Part shown: positions 28,901 to 37,609 of the stretch, piece by piece
How positions within the stretch are numbered: position 1 is the stretch's first letter
Layout: each line of letters starts with the position of its first letter
Source: Deltaproteobacteria bacterium
Lineage (GTDB): Bacteria; Myxococcota_A; Polyangia; Polyangiales; Polyangiaceae
Assembly: GCA_003235365.1 (NCBI GenBank)
Contig: QJWJ01000223.1
Span: 1,127 to 65,126, forward strand
Length of the DNA stretch: 64,000 nt
Direction of reading: 5' to 3'
The notes under the pieces: model-generated
The model's database searches: none
What the model saw: the letters and a program-made list of their open reading frames with translations, nothing else
What the model was told of the DNA's origin: nothing
Program-made: the position numbers and the translations under genes

Positions 28901-29427
28901 GTTTGGAGACCTCGGTTCAGCGCTACGTGCGCTTGAAGCTTGCCGCCGCGATTCTCGACGCAGAGGTCGAACGCTATCGCGACGCTCATCAGGGGCCGGT
29001 GCTTCGCGTTGCATCCGAGCTGTTTCCGAAGCTGACCCTCGGCGCCTATTCGGGGCTCAAAGTCGGGTTCGACGCCGATGATCAGCAGGTGCTGTTGTGT
29101 GTTCGCAGCGACGGTCGCGAGGTGCGGACCGATGGGTTGAGCGACGGTACTCGCGATCAGTTGTACCTCGCGTTGCGTCTGGCCAGCCTGTCGCACTACA
29201 TCGACGGACGTGAACCGATGCCCCTGGTGCTCGATGACGTGCTGGTGCACTTCGACGATCCGCGCGCGGCCGCCGCACTTTCTGTCTTGAGCGACGTCGC
29301 CGAGCGAGTACAAGTGCTGTTCTTCACTCACCACCGCCGCATCGTGGAACTCGCTCAGAACGCCGTCGATCCCGCCCGCCTGGCAATTCACGAGCTGGGG
29401 CAAGCGCCGCAAGCACGGGTCGCTTGA
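25945..29427 (+). CDS. SbcC/YhaN-like AAA/ABC-type ATPase with a long coiled-coil
   Basis: 1160 aa. The GTG start overlaps the upstream TGA (GTGA). Walker A GNNEAGKST, signature-like LSDGTRDQLYLALRLA, Walker B PLVLDDVLVHFDD. About 900 central residues are E/R/L/A/Q-rich. Confidence 0.85.
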   Translation: MRFRRLELLAFGHFSGTVLEFAEPSPGLHVVYGNNEAGKSTALRAIRSFLYGIPHQSRDTFVHAGSELRLGAELCTESGDVLCAVRRKGRKNTLLAPDGAPIAESQLQSLTVDENLFGAMFGLDHETLRHGAQELLEGKAGESLFGAAIGTASVRRLRSRLNDAADELFTAKGRNKQINQRINDLRAAKQVVTEQSSSAVAHAARERALADAQEKLRSTLEARNARRSEKSRLERQLRVLPLLAQRQQRVDQLRQLGQLPSLPRDAEQRRVAAERQLAEASQKLSHERVEIERVERRVAALGGGSELLEISEQVLAELTSELGQHRKAMADLPKRQGELSALLTEVEQILSALGSDLPPERGAELRLSRIEHSRLERLAREKTQYDTKIGDATEKLKRARAVQERRGQALATLPEVRDTTALEAAYARAQRTLGVQQRLHEARLLLKKKQQRVDQVRAALSGYDGSPELLLELPIPSEESIASFDSRQGELQGELREVAAAERRLAELAVELKRERLELLAGTDVPSLVELKDLRRQRDAALRQVLEGRKSSALAAAKQRLPQLVESADTLADRLFAEANRVSRLASIDARIAECEAKVEQAGLHRESIARASEQWDEQWRASWRPCHVHPASPREMIAWLRRSSELIGLLDERRSASDECRALERQVAELSDELSAALQSVGQEPRQLWEVTLETLVERVGKVIAETQRTAREREDVQRSLALERQQVEQLEAELEQHVEQEKAWRGDWYKALRQLRLSKTAGPEEVTGALAQLTDLYAKLDDVAALRSRIDGMRRDSQQLTQRIDALIARCLPELSGGDLVRRAEGLLDAARRARADHDERLRLQDELERRRAQRDSAQAHQGRARAELDELRAQAGAKDLAELVLVEERLDRARELGAAIASLEEQIVAEGEGASLQDLVEQCRGTDSETARERIAALEPKIIEADELVGHWQAQAATLEQDVRRSEAGASRAAEDLASCTASLETSVQRYVRLKLAAAILDAEVERYRDAHQGPVLRVASELFPKLTLGAYSGLKVGFDADDQQVLLCVRSDGREVRTDGLSDGTRDQLYLALRLASLSHYIDGREPMPLVLDDVLVHFDDPRAAAALSVLSDVAERVQVLFFTHHRRIVELAQNAVDPARLAIHELGQAPQARVA

Positions 29428-31019
29428 TGCAACGACACGTTCCCGACGTCGTCGAGCTAGACATCGGCTTGGACGAGCCCGACGACGAAGCGTCGTTGCG
29501 AAGCGTGGCGGCGAGGAAGATCGGCGTGGCAATCGACGCGCTGCCTGCGCTGCACGTGCGCAAACGCGCTCTCGATTGCCGACGTGGCCGCGTTCGCTTT
29601 CACCTCACGTGCGAACTGGGCGAGCAACCGCCGGAGGAAATCGCCGAGAGTCGTCCACCGCGAGAGGTGACGCAGCCCGGTCGCGTCGTGATTGTCGGTG
29701 ACGGCCCGTGCGGGTTGTTCTGTGCCTACGAGTTGGCGCGTCGGGGTATCGCCTGCACGGTCGTCGATCGCGGCAAACCCGTGCAACCACGCCGCAAGGA
29801 TCTCAAGGGCCTGACGCGCAAGGCCACCGTCGATCCCGACAGCAACTACTGCTTCGGCGAGGGCGGCGCGGGCACGTACAGCGACGGCAAGCTCTACACG
29901 CGCTCGCACAAGCGCGGCGACGTTCGCGACGTGATCGAAGTGTTGGCCGAGCACGGCGCGCCGGCGGCGATCCTCAGCGACGCTCGCCCGCACATCGGCA
30001 GTAACCTGCTGCCGAAAGTGATCACGGCCCTGCGGGAGCGCCTCGAAGGTGTGGGCGTGCAATTTCGATTCGGGTCGCGGGTCGCGGATCTGTTGACTCA
30101 GGAGCGTGGTGCTCGCAAGGTCGTCGCGGGGGTGCGCCTGGCCGACGGTGAAGAGCTGGAGGCCGAGCGCGTCGTTTTGGCCACGGGGCACTCGGCGCGC
30201 GACGTGTTCGACATGTTGGCCGAGCTCGGTCATCCGTTGGAGGCCAAGTCGTTTGCCTTGGGAGTTCGCATCGAGCACCCGCAGCCGTTGATCAATCGCA
30301 TCCAGTATGGCCAACACGCGGGTCACCCCAAGTTGCCGAGCGCGGCCTACCGTTTGGTGGACAGCCGGGGAGAGCGCGCCGTGTTCTCGTTTTGCATGTG
30401 CCCAGGTGGATTCATCGTGCCGGCTTCGACGTCACCTGGTGAAGTCGTGGTCAACGGCATGAGTCCGTCGAAGCGCAACTCGAAGTACGCCAACAGCGGC
30501 ATGGTGGTCAGCGTCAGTCCCCAGCAGATTGAAGCCGCGGGTTACCGCGGACCGCTCGCCGGGGTGCATCTTCAGCGCACCATCGAGCAGGCCGCGTTTG
30601 CCGCCGCTGGTTCTGATTTGAGCGCGCCTGCGACGCGGCTCGTCGATTTTCTGGCCCACCGGGCGTCCTCCACCTTGCCACAGAGCAGCTACGTGCCGGG
30701 GCTCACCGCGGCCGACGTCGGCGAGGTGCTCGACGGGTCCGGGGTCACGTTCGCCGCGCGTCTGGAGGAAGGTCTGCGTCGGTTCGGCCGCCAGTTGCGC
30801 GGGTTCATCAGTGAGGAAGCGGTGCTGGTCGGCGTCGAGTCGCGCACGAGTTCGCCGGTGCGCGTACCGCGTCACGACGAGTCGCTGCAATCACCGTACG
30901 TCGACGGGTTGTACCCAGCTGGAGAAGGTGCCGGATACGCTGGCGGCATCATGAGCGCCGCCGTCGATGGCGTGCGGGTGGCGAGAGCGATCGCCGGTGC
31001 GCTGGCGGAGCGTTGCTAA
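29427..31019 (+). CDS. FAD/NAD(P)-binding oxidoreductase (COG2509-like uncharacterised FAD-dependent dehydrogenase)
   Basis: The ATG at 29427 overlaps the upstream TGA by 1 nt (TGATG); an in-frame TTG lies at 29424. Rossmann motif VVIVGDGPCGLFCAYELARRG. C-terminal YPAGEGAGYAGGI. Confidence 0.8.
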   Translation: MQRHVPDVVELDIGLDEPDDEASLRSVAARKIGVAIDALPALHVRKRALDCRRGRVRFHLTCELGEQPPEEIAESRPPREVTQPGRVVIVGDGPCGLFCAYELARRGIACTVVDRGKPVQPRRKDLKGLTRKATVDPDSNYCFGEGGAGTYSDGKLYTRSHKRGDVRDVIEVLAEHGAPAAILSDARPHIGSNLLPKVITALRERLEGVGVQFRFGSRVADLLTQERGARKVVAGVRLADGEELEAERVVLATGHSARDVFDMLAELGHPLEAKSFALGVRIEHPQPLINRIQYGQHAGHPKLPSAAYRLVDSRGERAVFSFCMCPGGFIVPASTSPGEVVVNGMSPSKRNSKYANSGMVVSVSPQQIEAAGYRGPLAGVHLQRTIEQAAFAAAGSDLSAPATRLVDFLAHRASSTLPQSSYVPGLTAADVGEVLDGSGVTFAARLEEGLRRFGRQLRGFISEEAVLVGVESRTSSPVRVPRHDESLQSPYVDGLYPAGEGAGYAGGIMSAAVDGVRVARAIAGALAERC

Positions 31020-31131
31020 GTGAGCGTTCGCTTGCCCGCCCATTCGGCAAAGCAGGGCGCCGTTGACACGGCGGTGGCGGCGTCACTGCGATGGTGTTGC
31101 GCGTGGAGGTGTCGGTTCGGTGCGCCGCGGG

Positions 31132-32331
31132 TCAGCTCAGCGCGTCGGTCTCGAGCACCCGTTGGCTGCGCAAGACGACCTGAGTGATCTCCGCCGGCGC
31201 GCCGAGCCGCATCGGCGGGCCCCAGTGGCCGGTGCCGTTGCTGACGTAAACCCACGTGCGACCGATCTTCTCGAGCCCGGAAACGACGGGTTGCTGCAAC
31301 TTCACGAGCCAATTGAACGGCCACAATTGCCCGCCGTGGGTATGGCCGGACAGCTGCAACCCCACGCCGTGGTGCTCGGCTTGCAGAGCGACCTTGGGTT
31401 GGTGAGCGAGCAGAACCAGTTCGCGATTGGGGTCGCGTCCTGCCAAAGCCTTGTTCAGATCGGCACCGTGTCCGTTGCCGAAACGGTGACCCTGTAGATC
31501 GTCGACACCCGCGAGATCGATGGAGTGTTCGTCTCGTCCGATGACCACACGCTCGTTGCGCAGCACGCGGATGCCGTACTCGGGCAGCTTCGCACACCAC
31601 GGCTCGGCTCCGGAGTAGTACTCGTGATTGCCCGTCACGAAGTACGTCCCGAGGCGGGATTCGAGCTTGGCGAGTTCCGAGACGGCCGGGCCGAGCTGCT
31701 CGACGGAGCCGTCCACCAAGTCGCCGGTGATCGCGACGAGATCGGCGTCGAGTGCGTTGACCGTCGTGACGATCTCACGGAGGAAGTCGCTCCCGAGCGA
31801 GGGGCCGACGTGCACGTCGGTCAGCTGCGCGATGGTGAGTCCGTCCAGTTCGGCGGGGAGTTTCTCCAACGGCACTTCGACGCGTTTGACGCGGAAGCGC
31901 TTGCCTTCGGCCAGCGCCACCGCTGACGACGTCGTGCCCAATGCGAACGCTGCGAAGCCGAAGAGGCGGCTGAGGGTCAGGCGCTTGTCGGGGTCTTCGA
32001 TCGGGCGGCTCAGCCAACGCTCGAGGCCCAGGCCGACCCATTTCGTGACGTCGACGATGGCTACCGCGACAAACAGCAGAAACATCGTGCCCAGCCAGAT
32101 GAAACTCGGCGTGAGCGCGAAGCTGGCTACGCTCGGCGGTAGAGCCCGACGCAGCAACAGGCTGGCGGGGATGCTGACGCAGAGCGAAATCAATACCCAG
32201 GTAAAAACGCGCTGATACGGTTGAGGAACGCCCGGGTCCCGGACCAATCTCAACCACAGGTAGTAATGCACTGCAGCGAAGATGGAGGTCGCGATCACGA
32301 TGAAGAGGACGAAAGACAACGCGCGCGGCAT
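31132..32331 (-). CDS. Membrane-anchored calcineurin-like metallophosphoesterase (YkuE-like)
   Basis: Four N-terminal hydrophobic helices, then the motifs LTDVHVG, TGDLVDG, GNHEYY, GHTHGGQ. Confidence 0.85.
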   Translation of the reverse strand: MPRALSFVLFIVIATSIFAAVHYYLWLRLVRDPGVPQPYQRVFTWVLISLCVSIPASLLLRRALPPSVASFALTPSFIWLGTMFLLFVAVAIVDVTKWVGLGLERWLSRPIEDPDKRLTLSRLFGFAAFALGTTSSAVALAEGKRFRVKRVEVPLEKLPAELDGLTIAQLTDVHVGPSLGSDFLREIVTTVNALDADLVAITGDLVDGSVEQLGPAVSELAKLESRLGTYFVTGNHEYYSGAEPWCAKLPEYGIRVLRNERVVIGRDEHSIDLAGVDDLQGHRFGNGHGADLNKALAGRDPNRELVLLAHQPKVALQAEHHGVGLQLSGHTHGGQLWPFNWLVKLQQPVVSGLEKIGRTWVYVSNGTGHWGPPMRLGAPAEITQVVLRSQRVLETDALS

Positions 32332-32549
32332 CGTCTGGGGTTATGGTCCCCAGGGCCTCGGGACGCCAGGCCTGACGGGCAAACTCCGTCTCCGAACCGC
32401 GCGCCAGCGCCCCGGCGCGTTTGTAGTCCAAAACGCTACCGCTTCGCCCGCGCGGCGCGCTACCGTCCGCGCCCCGATGTCACGTCCCTTCCGCGGCACA
32501 CATACACCAAGCGTGAAGCTACCGTGACCCCTAGGAGGTAAAAGGCGCC

Positions 32550-35225
32550 GTGAGCTCCAATCATCCAGCACTTTCGGACCAAGACCCCATCGAGACCAGC
32601 GAATGGCTCGAGTCCCTCGACGCCGTCGTCGCACATCGCGGTACGTCGCGTGGCGCTTTCCTGGTGAAACGCGTCGTGGAACAGGCCCTGCGGCACGGGG
32701 CGCATCCGGACCTCCCCCTCAATACACCCTACGTCAACAGCATCCCACTCCAGGTCGAACCGGACTACCCCGGGGATGCGGCCCTCGAGCGGCGCATCCG
32801 CCGCATCATTCGCTGGAACGCGATGGCGATGGTCCAGCGCGCCAACAAGCGGTTCAATGGCATCGGCGGGCATCTGTCCAGCTACGCCTCGAGCGCCAGC
32901 CTGTACGAAGTGGGCTTCAACCACTTCTTCCGCGGCCCGGCGGGCGAGGGGCACGGGGATCTCATCTACTACCAGGGTCATGCGGCGCCAGGCATGTATT
33001 CACGGGCGTTTCTCGAAGGCCGTCTGGAAGCCGAGCAGCTCGATCACTTCCGGCGCGAGTCGGGGCCGACGGCGGGGTTGTCGTCGTACCCGCACCCGCG
33101 CTTGATGCCGGACTTCTGGCAGTTTCCCACGGTGAGCATGGGCATCGGCCCGATTAGCGCGATCTACAAGGCGCGTTTCCTGCGATACATGCACAATCGC
33201 GGGTTGGCTGACACGAGTAACAGCCGCGTCTGGGCGTTCTTGGGTGACGGCGAGTGCGATGAGCCGGAGAGCTTGGGGTCGCTGAGCATCGCTGCGCGCG
33301 AAGGGCTCGACAATCTGTGCTTCGTCATCAACTGCAACCTGCAGCGGCTCGACGGGCCCGTGCGCGGCAATGGCAAGATCATCCAAGAGCTCGAAGCCGT
33401 CTTCCGCGGCGCGGGCTGGCGTGTCATCAAGGTGATCTGGGGGCCAGAGTGGGATGAGGTGCTGGCCAAGGACACCGATGGTCTGCTGCGCCAGCGCATG
33501 AACGAAGTCGTCGACGGCGCGTTCCAGAAGTACACGACGAGTGACGGCGCTTACATCCGCCAAAACTTCTTCGGATCCGATCCGCGCCTGCTGGAGATGG
33601 TTTCCCATCTGACCGACGAGCAGCTGACCAAGCTGCGCCGCGGTGGGCACAGCTACCGCAAGCTGTACGCCGCCTACGACGCGGCGGTGAACACCAAGGG
33701 CCAGCCCGTTTGCATTCTGGCGCACACGGTGAAGGGCTGGACCCTGGGTCCCGCTTTCGAAGGCAGCAACGTCACCCATCAAAAGAAGAAGATGGATCTG
33801 CCGGACCTGCAGAAGTTCCGCGATCTGCTCGAGCTGCCGGTACCCGACGAAAAGCTCGAAGAGGCGCCCTTCTACCGCCCCGATCGCAACAGCGAAGAGG
33901 TGCAGTACTTGATGGAGCGCCGGCGTGCCTTGGGCGGGTTCCTGCCCGCACGTCGCGCCAAACCCACGGTCAGCCTGCAACTGCCCGGCGACGACTTGTA
34001 CGCCGAGTTCTTCAAAGGCACCGGTAAGACCGAGGTCTCGACGACGATCGCGTTCGCTCGTTTGCTGGGCAAACTGATCCGCGACAAGCAGGTCGGCAAG
34101 CGCGTCGTGCCCATCGTTCCCGACGAAGCGCGCACGTTCGGTATGGACCCGTTGTTCAGCCAAGTCGGTATCTACTCGCCCAAGGGGCAGCTGTACGACC
34201 CCGTCGACAAAGGCCGCTTGCTCTATTACCGCGAGATGAAGGAGGGCCAGGTCCTCGAAGAGGGCATCACCGAGGCTGGGTCGATGGCGTCGTTCACCGC
34301 GGCGGCGACGAGCTACTCGACGCTCGGTGAGCCGATGATCCCCTTCTACATCTTCTATTCGATGTTCGGCTTTCAGCGCACGGGCGATCAGATGTGGGCC
34401 GCTTGCGACGCCATGGGCCGCGGTTTCGTGCTGGGCGCCACGGCCGGCCGCACCACGCTCAACGGCGAAGGCCTGCAGCACGAAGACGGCCACAGCCTGT
34501 TGCTCGCTGCGACGTACCCGTCGATCGTTTCCTACGACGTCACCTTCGCGTACGAGTTGGCGGTGATCATCAAGGACGGCATGCGCCGCATGTACGACGA
34601 GCAGGAGAACATCTACTACTACATCACCCTGCAGAACGAGGACTACGTGATGCCGCCGATGCCCGAAGGGGTGGAGCAGGGCATCCTCAACGGCATGTAC
34701 CTGTTTCAGCCGAGTGCCAAGCCGAAGAAGAAGCACGTGCAGCTGTTCGGCGGCGGGTCCATCATGCTTCAGGTTCTGCGCGCCGCGGAGATCTTGGAGA
34801 AGGACTACGGCGTGACGTCGGACGTGTGGAGTGTGACCAGCTACCAGGAGTTGCGCCGCGAAGCCGTCGCGTGCGAGCGGCACAACCGCTTGCACCCCGA
34901 AGCGAAAGCCAAGACTCCGTACGTCACGCAAGCACTGGAGGGCCGACAAGGGCCGGTGATTGCCGCGAGCGACTACATGACGCTCGTGCAGGACCAGATC
35001 ACACGTTGGGTTCCGGGCCGTTACGTCGCTCTGGGTACGGATGGCTTCGGCATGAGCGACACGCGCGAGGCGCTGCGCCGACACTTCGAAGTCGACGCCG
35101 AGTGTATTGTGATTGCCGCTCTGGATGCATTGCGTCAAGAAGGGAAAGTGACCGCCAAGGAAGTCAGCGGTGCTATTGCGTCGTTGGGAGTCGATCCCGA
35201 CAAGCGCAATTCGGCGCTCGTCTGA
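32550..35225 (+). CDS. aceE: Pyruvate dehydrogenase E1 component, homodimeric type
   Basis: 891 aa. GTG start 11 nt after AGGAGG (32533-32538). Full-length resemblance to AceE (DPIETSEWLESLD, RRIIRWNAMAMV, transketolase-like core). Confidence 0.95.
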   Translation: MSSNHPALSDQDPIETSEWLESLDAVVAHRGTSRGAFLVKRVVEQALRHGAHPDLPLNTPYVNSIPLQVEPDYPGDAALERRIRRIIRWNAMAMVQRANKRFNGIGGHLSSYASSASLYEVGFNHFFRGPAGEGHGDLIYYQGHAAPGMYSRAFLEGRLEAEQLDHFRRESGPTAGLSSYPHPRLMPDFWQFPTVSMGIGPISAIYKARFLRYMHNRGLADTSNSRVWAFLGDGECDEPESLGSLSIAAREGLDNLCFVINCNLQRLDGPVRGNGKIIQELEAVFRGAGWRVIKVIWGPEWDEVLAKDTDGLLRQRMNEVVDGAFQKYTTSDGAYIRQNFFGSDPRLLEMVSHLTDEQLTKLRRGGHSYRKLYAAYDAAVNTKGQPVCILAHTVKGWTLGPAFEGSNVTHQKKKMDLPDLQKFRDLLELPVPDEKLEEAPFYRPDRNSEEVQYLMERRRALGGFLPARRAKPTVSLQLPGDDLYAEFFKGTGKTEVSTTIAFARLLGKLIRDKQVGKRVVPIVPDEARTFGMDPLFSQVGIYSPKGQLYDPVDKGRLLYYREMKEGQVLEEGITEAGSMASFTAAATSYSTLGEPMIPFYIFYSMFGFQRTGDQMWAACDAMGRGFVLGATAGRTTLNGEGLQHEDGHSLLLAATYPSIVSYDVTFAYELAVIIKDGMRRMYDEQENIYYYITLQNEDYVMPPMPEGVEQGILNGMYLFQPSAKPKKKHVQLFGGGSIMLQVLRAAEILEKDYGVTSDVWSVTSYQELRREAVACERHNRLHPEAKAKTPYVTQALEGRQGPVIAASDYMTLVQDQITRWVPGRYVALGTDGFGMSDTREALRRHFEVDAECIVIAALDALRQEGKVTAKEVSGAIASLGVDPDKRNSALV

Positions 35226-35249
35226 GTTTCGGCTTCGGTCAATTCGCTC

Positions 35250-35651
35250 ATGTACAATCGCCGATGGCAGCAACAGCAGACGGCGCGCAGTGACCGCTGG
35301 AAGCGGGAAGACGAAGCGCCGCGTCTCAAAGATCGAATCACGGAACTCGAGAGCCTGAAGCTCGAGCTCGAAGAAGGTCGTGTCGGTGACGCCGAGCCGG
35401 TGGCCGGGACACGTCGGGTGCGACACATCGTGGTGCCGCGCGCCGCAGCGCTGTTCGAGCTGCCGTGCAGTGACAACAAATGCACCAACGGCGGGCACGA
35501 CCTGACCGACGTCTTGCTCGCCGCGCTCGACGCTCGGCAGGGCGTGATCGAGGGCGAGCACACCTGTGTCGGCACGCGCGAAGACCAGCCCTGCGGATTG
35601 GTCCTGCGCTACCGCGCAGTGGCGACCTACCGCAGCGGAGCTGAATCCTGA
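35250..35651 (+). CDS. Small hypothetical protein: coiled-coil N-terminus plus a four-Cys segment
   Basis: 133-aa ORF starting 24 bp after aceE with high third-position GC. KDRITELESLKLELEE, then LPCSDNKCTNGGHD ... EHTCVGTREDQPCG. Confidence 0.45.
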   Translation: MYNRRWQQQQTARSDRWKREDEAPRLKDRITELESLKLELEEGRVGDAEPVAGTRRVRHIVVPRAAALFELPCSDNKCTNGGHDLTDVLLAALDARQGVIEGEHTCVGTREDQPCGLVLRYRAVATYRSGAES

Positions 35652-35700
35652 CGCCGGACCCAACTCGACCGCGCAGCCTGGATCGGGGGCAGCAGCCAGC

Positions 35701-36321
35701 TCAGCGAGCTGCGTCGCGGCTCGGTGTCGGAGGCGCAGCGGTCTCGGTTCCGCTGGTCGTCGATGAGCTGTCGGGTCGTACGTGGGTGACGTGGCCCGTC
35801 TCGGCGAGTTCTTTGAGCTGGGTCAGGCCGCGGTCGAGGTGAGTCTTGAGCCCCTGTTCGACGGCGTCTCGCAAGAAGCCGCCCGTGATGAACGGAAGTT
35901 CGCCGCGGTCGGTCCACGTCACTTTGGTCGTTCCGGCCTTGGCTTCGTAGGTGATTGACGCTTCGGCGTTGGGGGTGGGGGAATTGACGGCGGATTCGAG
36001 CCACACACCCGAGTCCGATTCGCTCTTGACGATGGTCATACGCCCGTCGCCGGCTCGCTCACCGTGGTACGTGCGTGTTGCCCCGACGCCCTTGTCCGGC
36101 CCCGAATAGTCGTAGCGCAGCGTCGTGTCGGGGTGTTGTCGATCAGCCCAGATCGCCCATTGGTGCAGGTCTTCGACGTGCGGATGGATTTGCTCGGCGG
36201 GTGCGTGGATCACGACCTCCGCGGTGACCGACCACTGCCGCGGTAGGATCAAGCCCGTCACCACGAACAGAACGACGAGGCTCGCCAGCGCGGCGAGCAC
36301 GATCTTCACGACCAGATTCAT
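35701..36321 (-). CDS. SRPBCC (START/polyketide-cyclase-like) family protein with an N-terminal TM anchor
   Basis: MNLVVKIVLAALASLVVLFVVTGLILPRQWSV, then a typical SRPBCC beginning (AEVVIHAPAEQIHPHVEDLHQWAIWA). An alternative upstream start lies at 36351. Confidence 0.75.
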   Translation of the reverse strand: MNLVVKIVLAALASLVVLFVVTGLILPRQWSVTAEVVIHAPAEQIHPHVEDLHQWAIWADRQHPDTTLRYDYSGPDKGVGATRTYHGERAGDGRMTIVKSESDSGVWLESAVNSPTPNAEASITYEAKAGTTKVTWTDRGELPFITGGFLRDAVEQGLKTHLDRGLTQLKELAETGHVTHVRPDSSSTTSGTETAAPPTPSRDAAR

Positions 36322-36417
36322 CAGGCGCGGTTCTTCGTGAAATCGCACCATGCGTCAAGCGGCGCTTCGCCGCAGTGATCGAGCCAACGACGTGACCGGC
36401 GTCGCTGTCGAAGAGGT

Positions 36418-37575
36418 TCAGCTCGCATCGCCGAAGCGCAGGCTCGCCAGCTTGCGGTGTGGCGCGGGCATTGCCCGGGCCGACAGTTCATCGATGGCCA
36501 CCCAACGCAGTTGTCGGTAGGCGGCGCTCGGGCCCAACCGCCCACTGGTTTGGCAGTCGAACACCCGCAGCGTGATGCGAAACCGCGTGATGGTGTGCTC
36601 GAGCTGGGCCGTTTCGGTGCTGCGCTGCGGCTGAAGGCCGCAATCGCGGGTCAAGACACGCAGGGCGACCTTTGGGGCCGTTTCGCTCGACGCGACCGTG
36701 TCGAAAGGGAAGACCCACAGGCCGGCCCAGCGCGGCGCGTCGGGCGGAAGCTGACCGAGCAAGACTTTGTCACCGCGGCGGACGACCGCCGCGACGGTTT
36801 CGACAGCGGTCACCTCGGGGCGCTTGGCGAGCTGCGGAAACTCGGTCGGTGTGCCCCGCGCGAACGCCTGGCAGTGACGTGCGACCGGGCATTGATCACA
36901 CAGCGGCGAGCGGGGTGTGCAGCGTGTGGCACCGAGCTCCATCAGCCCCTGGTTGAAATCCGCGGCGTTTCCTCGAGGGATCAACTCTCGGGCGAGTTCC
37001 CAGAGCCTGCGTTTCAAGGGTTGCTTGGCCGGATCGCCGCTCAAGGCGAACAGTCGGGTGAGCACCCGAACGACGTTGCCGTCGACGATGGGTTCGTCGA
37101 GACCGAAGGCGATGCTGGCGATGGCGCCGGCCGTGTAGGGACCGATGCCTGGTAGCTCTCGCAACCGGTGTGCGTCACGGGGCAACACCCCGCCGTCACG
37201 AACGACCTGTTGGGCGCCGCGATGCAAGCTGCGCGCCCGAGAGTAGTAGCCGAGGCCCTGCCAGTGGGCGAGCACGGTCGCCTCGTCGGCGGCGGCCAGT
37301 GCTGCCACGGTCGGGAAGGCGCGCAGCCAGCGTTCGAAGTAGGGCTTTACGGTCTGAACTCGGGTTTGCTGAAGCATGACCTCGCTCACCCAGATGGCGT
37401 AAGGGTCGTCTACCCGTCGCCAAGGTAAGTCCCGGCGGTGAGTGCGGTACCAGCCAAGCAGCGCCGTGCTGAGGCGGCGTCGGGCGGCGGAGGCGTCCGA
37501 GCCGGTCGAATCGGAACCGCTGGGACCGAAAGGGCGCTTGTGACCTCGAGGGCCGGACTTTGATTTTTGAATCAT
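36418..37575 (-). CDS. mutY: A/G-specific adenine DNA glycosylase
   Basis: LLGWYRTHRRDLPWRR, HhH LPGIGPYTAGAI, Fe-S loop CTPRSPLCDQCPVARHC, NUDIX-like C-terminal domain. I chose the ATG at 37575 because the longer ORF (to 37761) would overlap the divergent gene starting at 37610. Confidence 0.9.
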   Translation of the reverse strand: MIQKSKSGPRGHKRPFGPSGSDSTGSDASAARRRLSTALLGWYRTHRRDLPWRRVDDPYAIWVSEVMLQQTRVQTVKPYFERWLRAFPTVAALAAADEATVLAHWQGLGYYSRARSLHRGAQQVVRDGGVLPRDAHRLRELPGIGPYTAGAIASIAFGLDEPIVDGNVVRVLTRLFALSGDPAKQPLKRRLWELARELIPRGNAADFNQGLMELGATRCTPRSPLCDQCPVARHCQAFARGTPTEFPQLAKRPEVTAVETVAAVVRRGDKVLLGQLPPDAPRWAGLWVFPFDTVASSETAPKVALRVLTRDCGLQPQRSTETAQLEHTITRFRITLRVFDCQTSGRLGPSAAYRQLRWVAIDELSARAMPAPHRKLASLRFGDAS

Positions 37576-37609
37576 CGCAGGCGGGGGGGTATGCTCGCTC
37601 TTCGTTCGC

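Noticed and set aside
26146-29532. Reverse ORFs 26146..27294 and 27499..29532
   Set aside because: Both are antisense to the YhaN/SbcC-like ATPase, which has clear Walker A/B and signature motifs. Their products are Arg/Leu/Gln-rich mirror images of the coiled-coil.
33000-35663. 887-aa reverse-strand ORF
   Set aside because: It is antisense to aceE, a shadow ORF of a high-GC gene with no recognisable domains.
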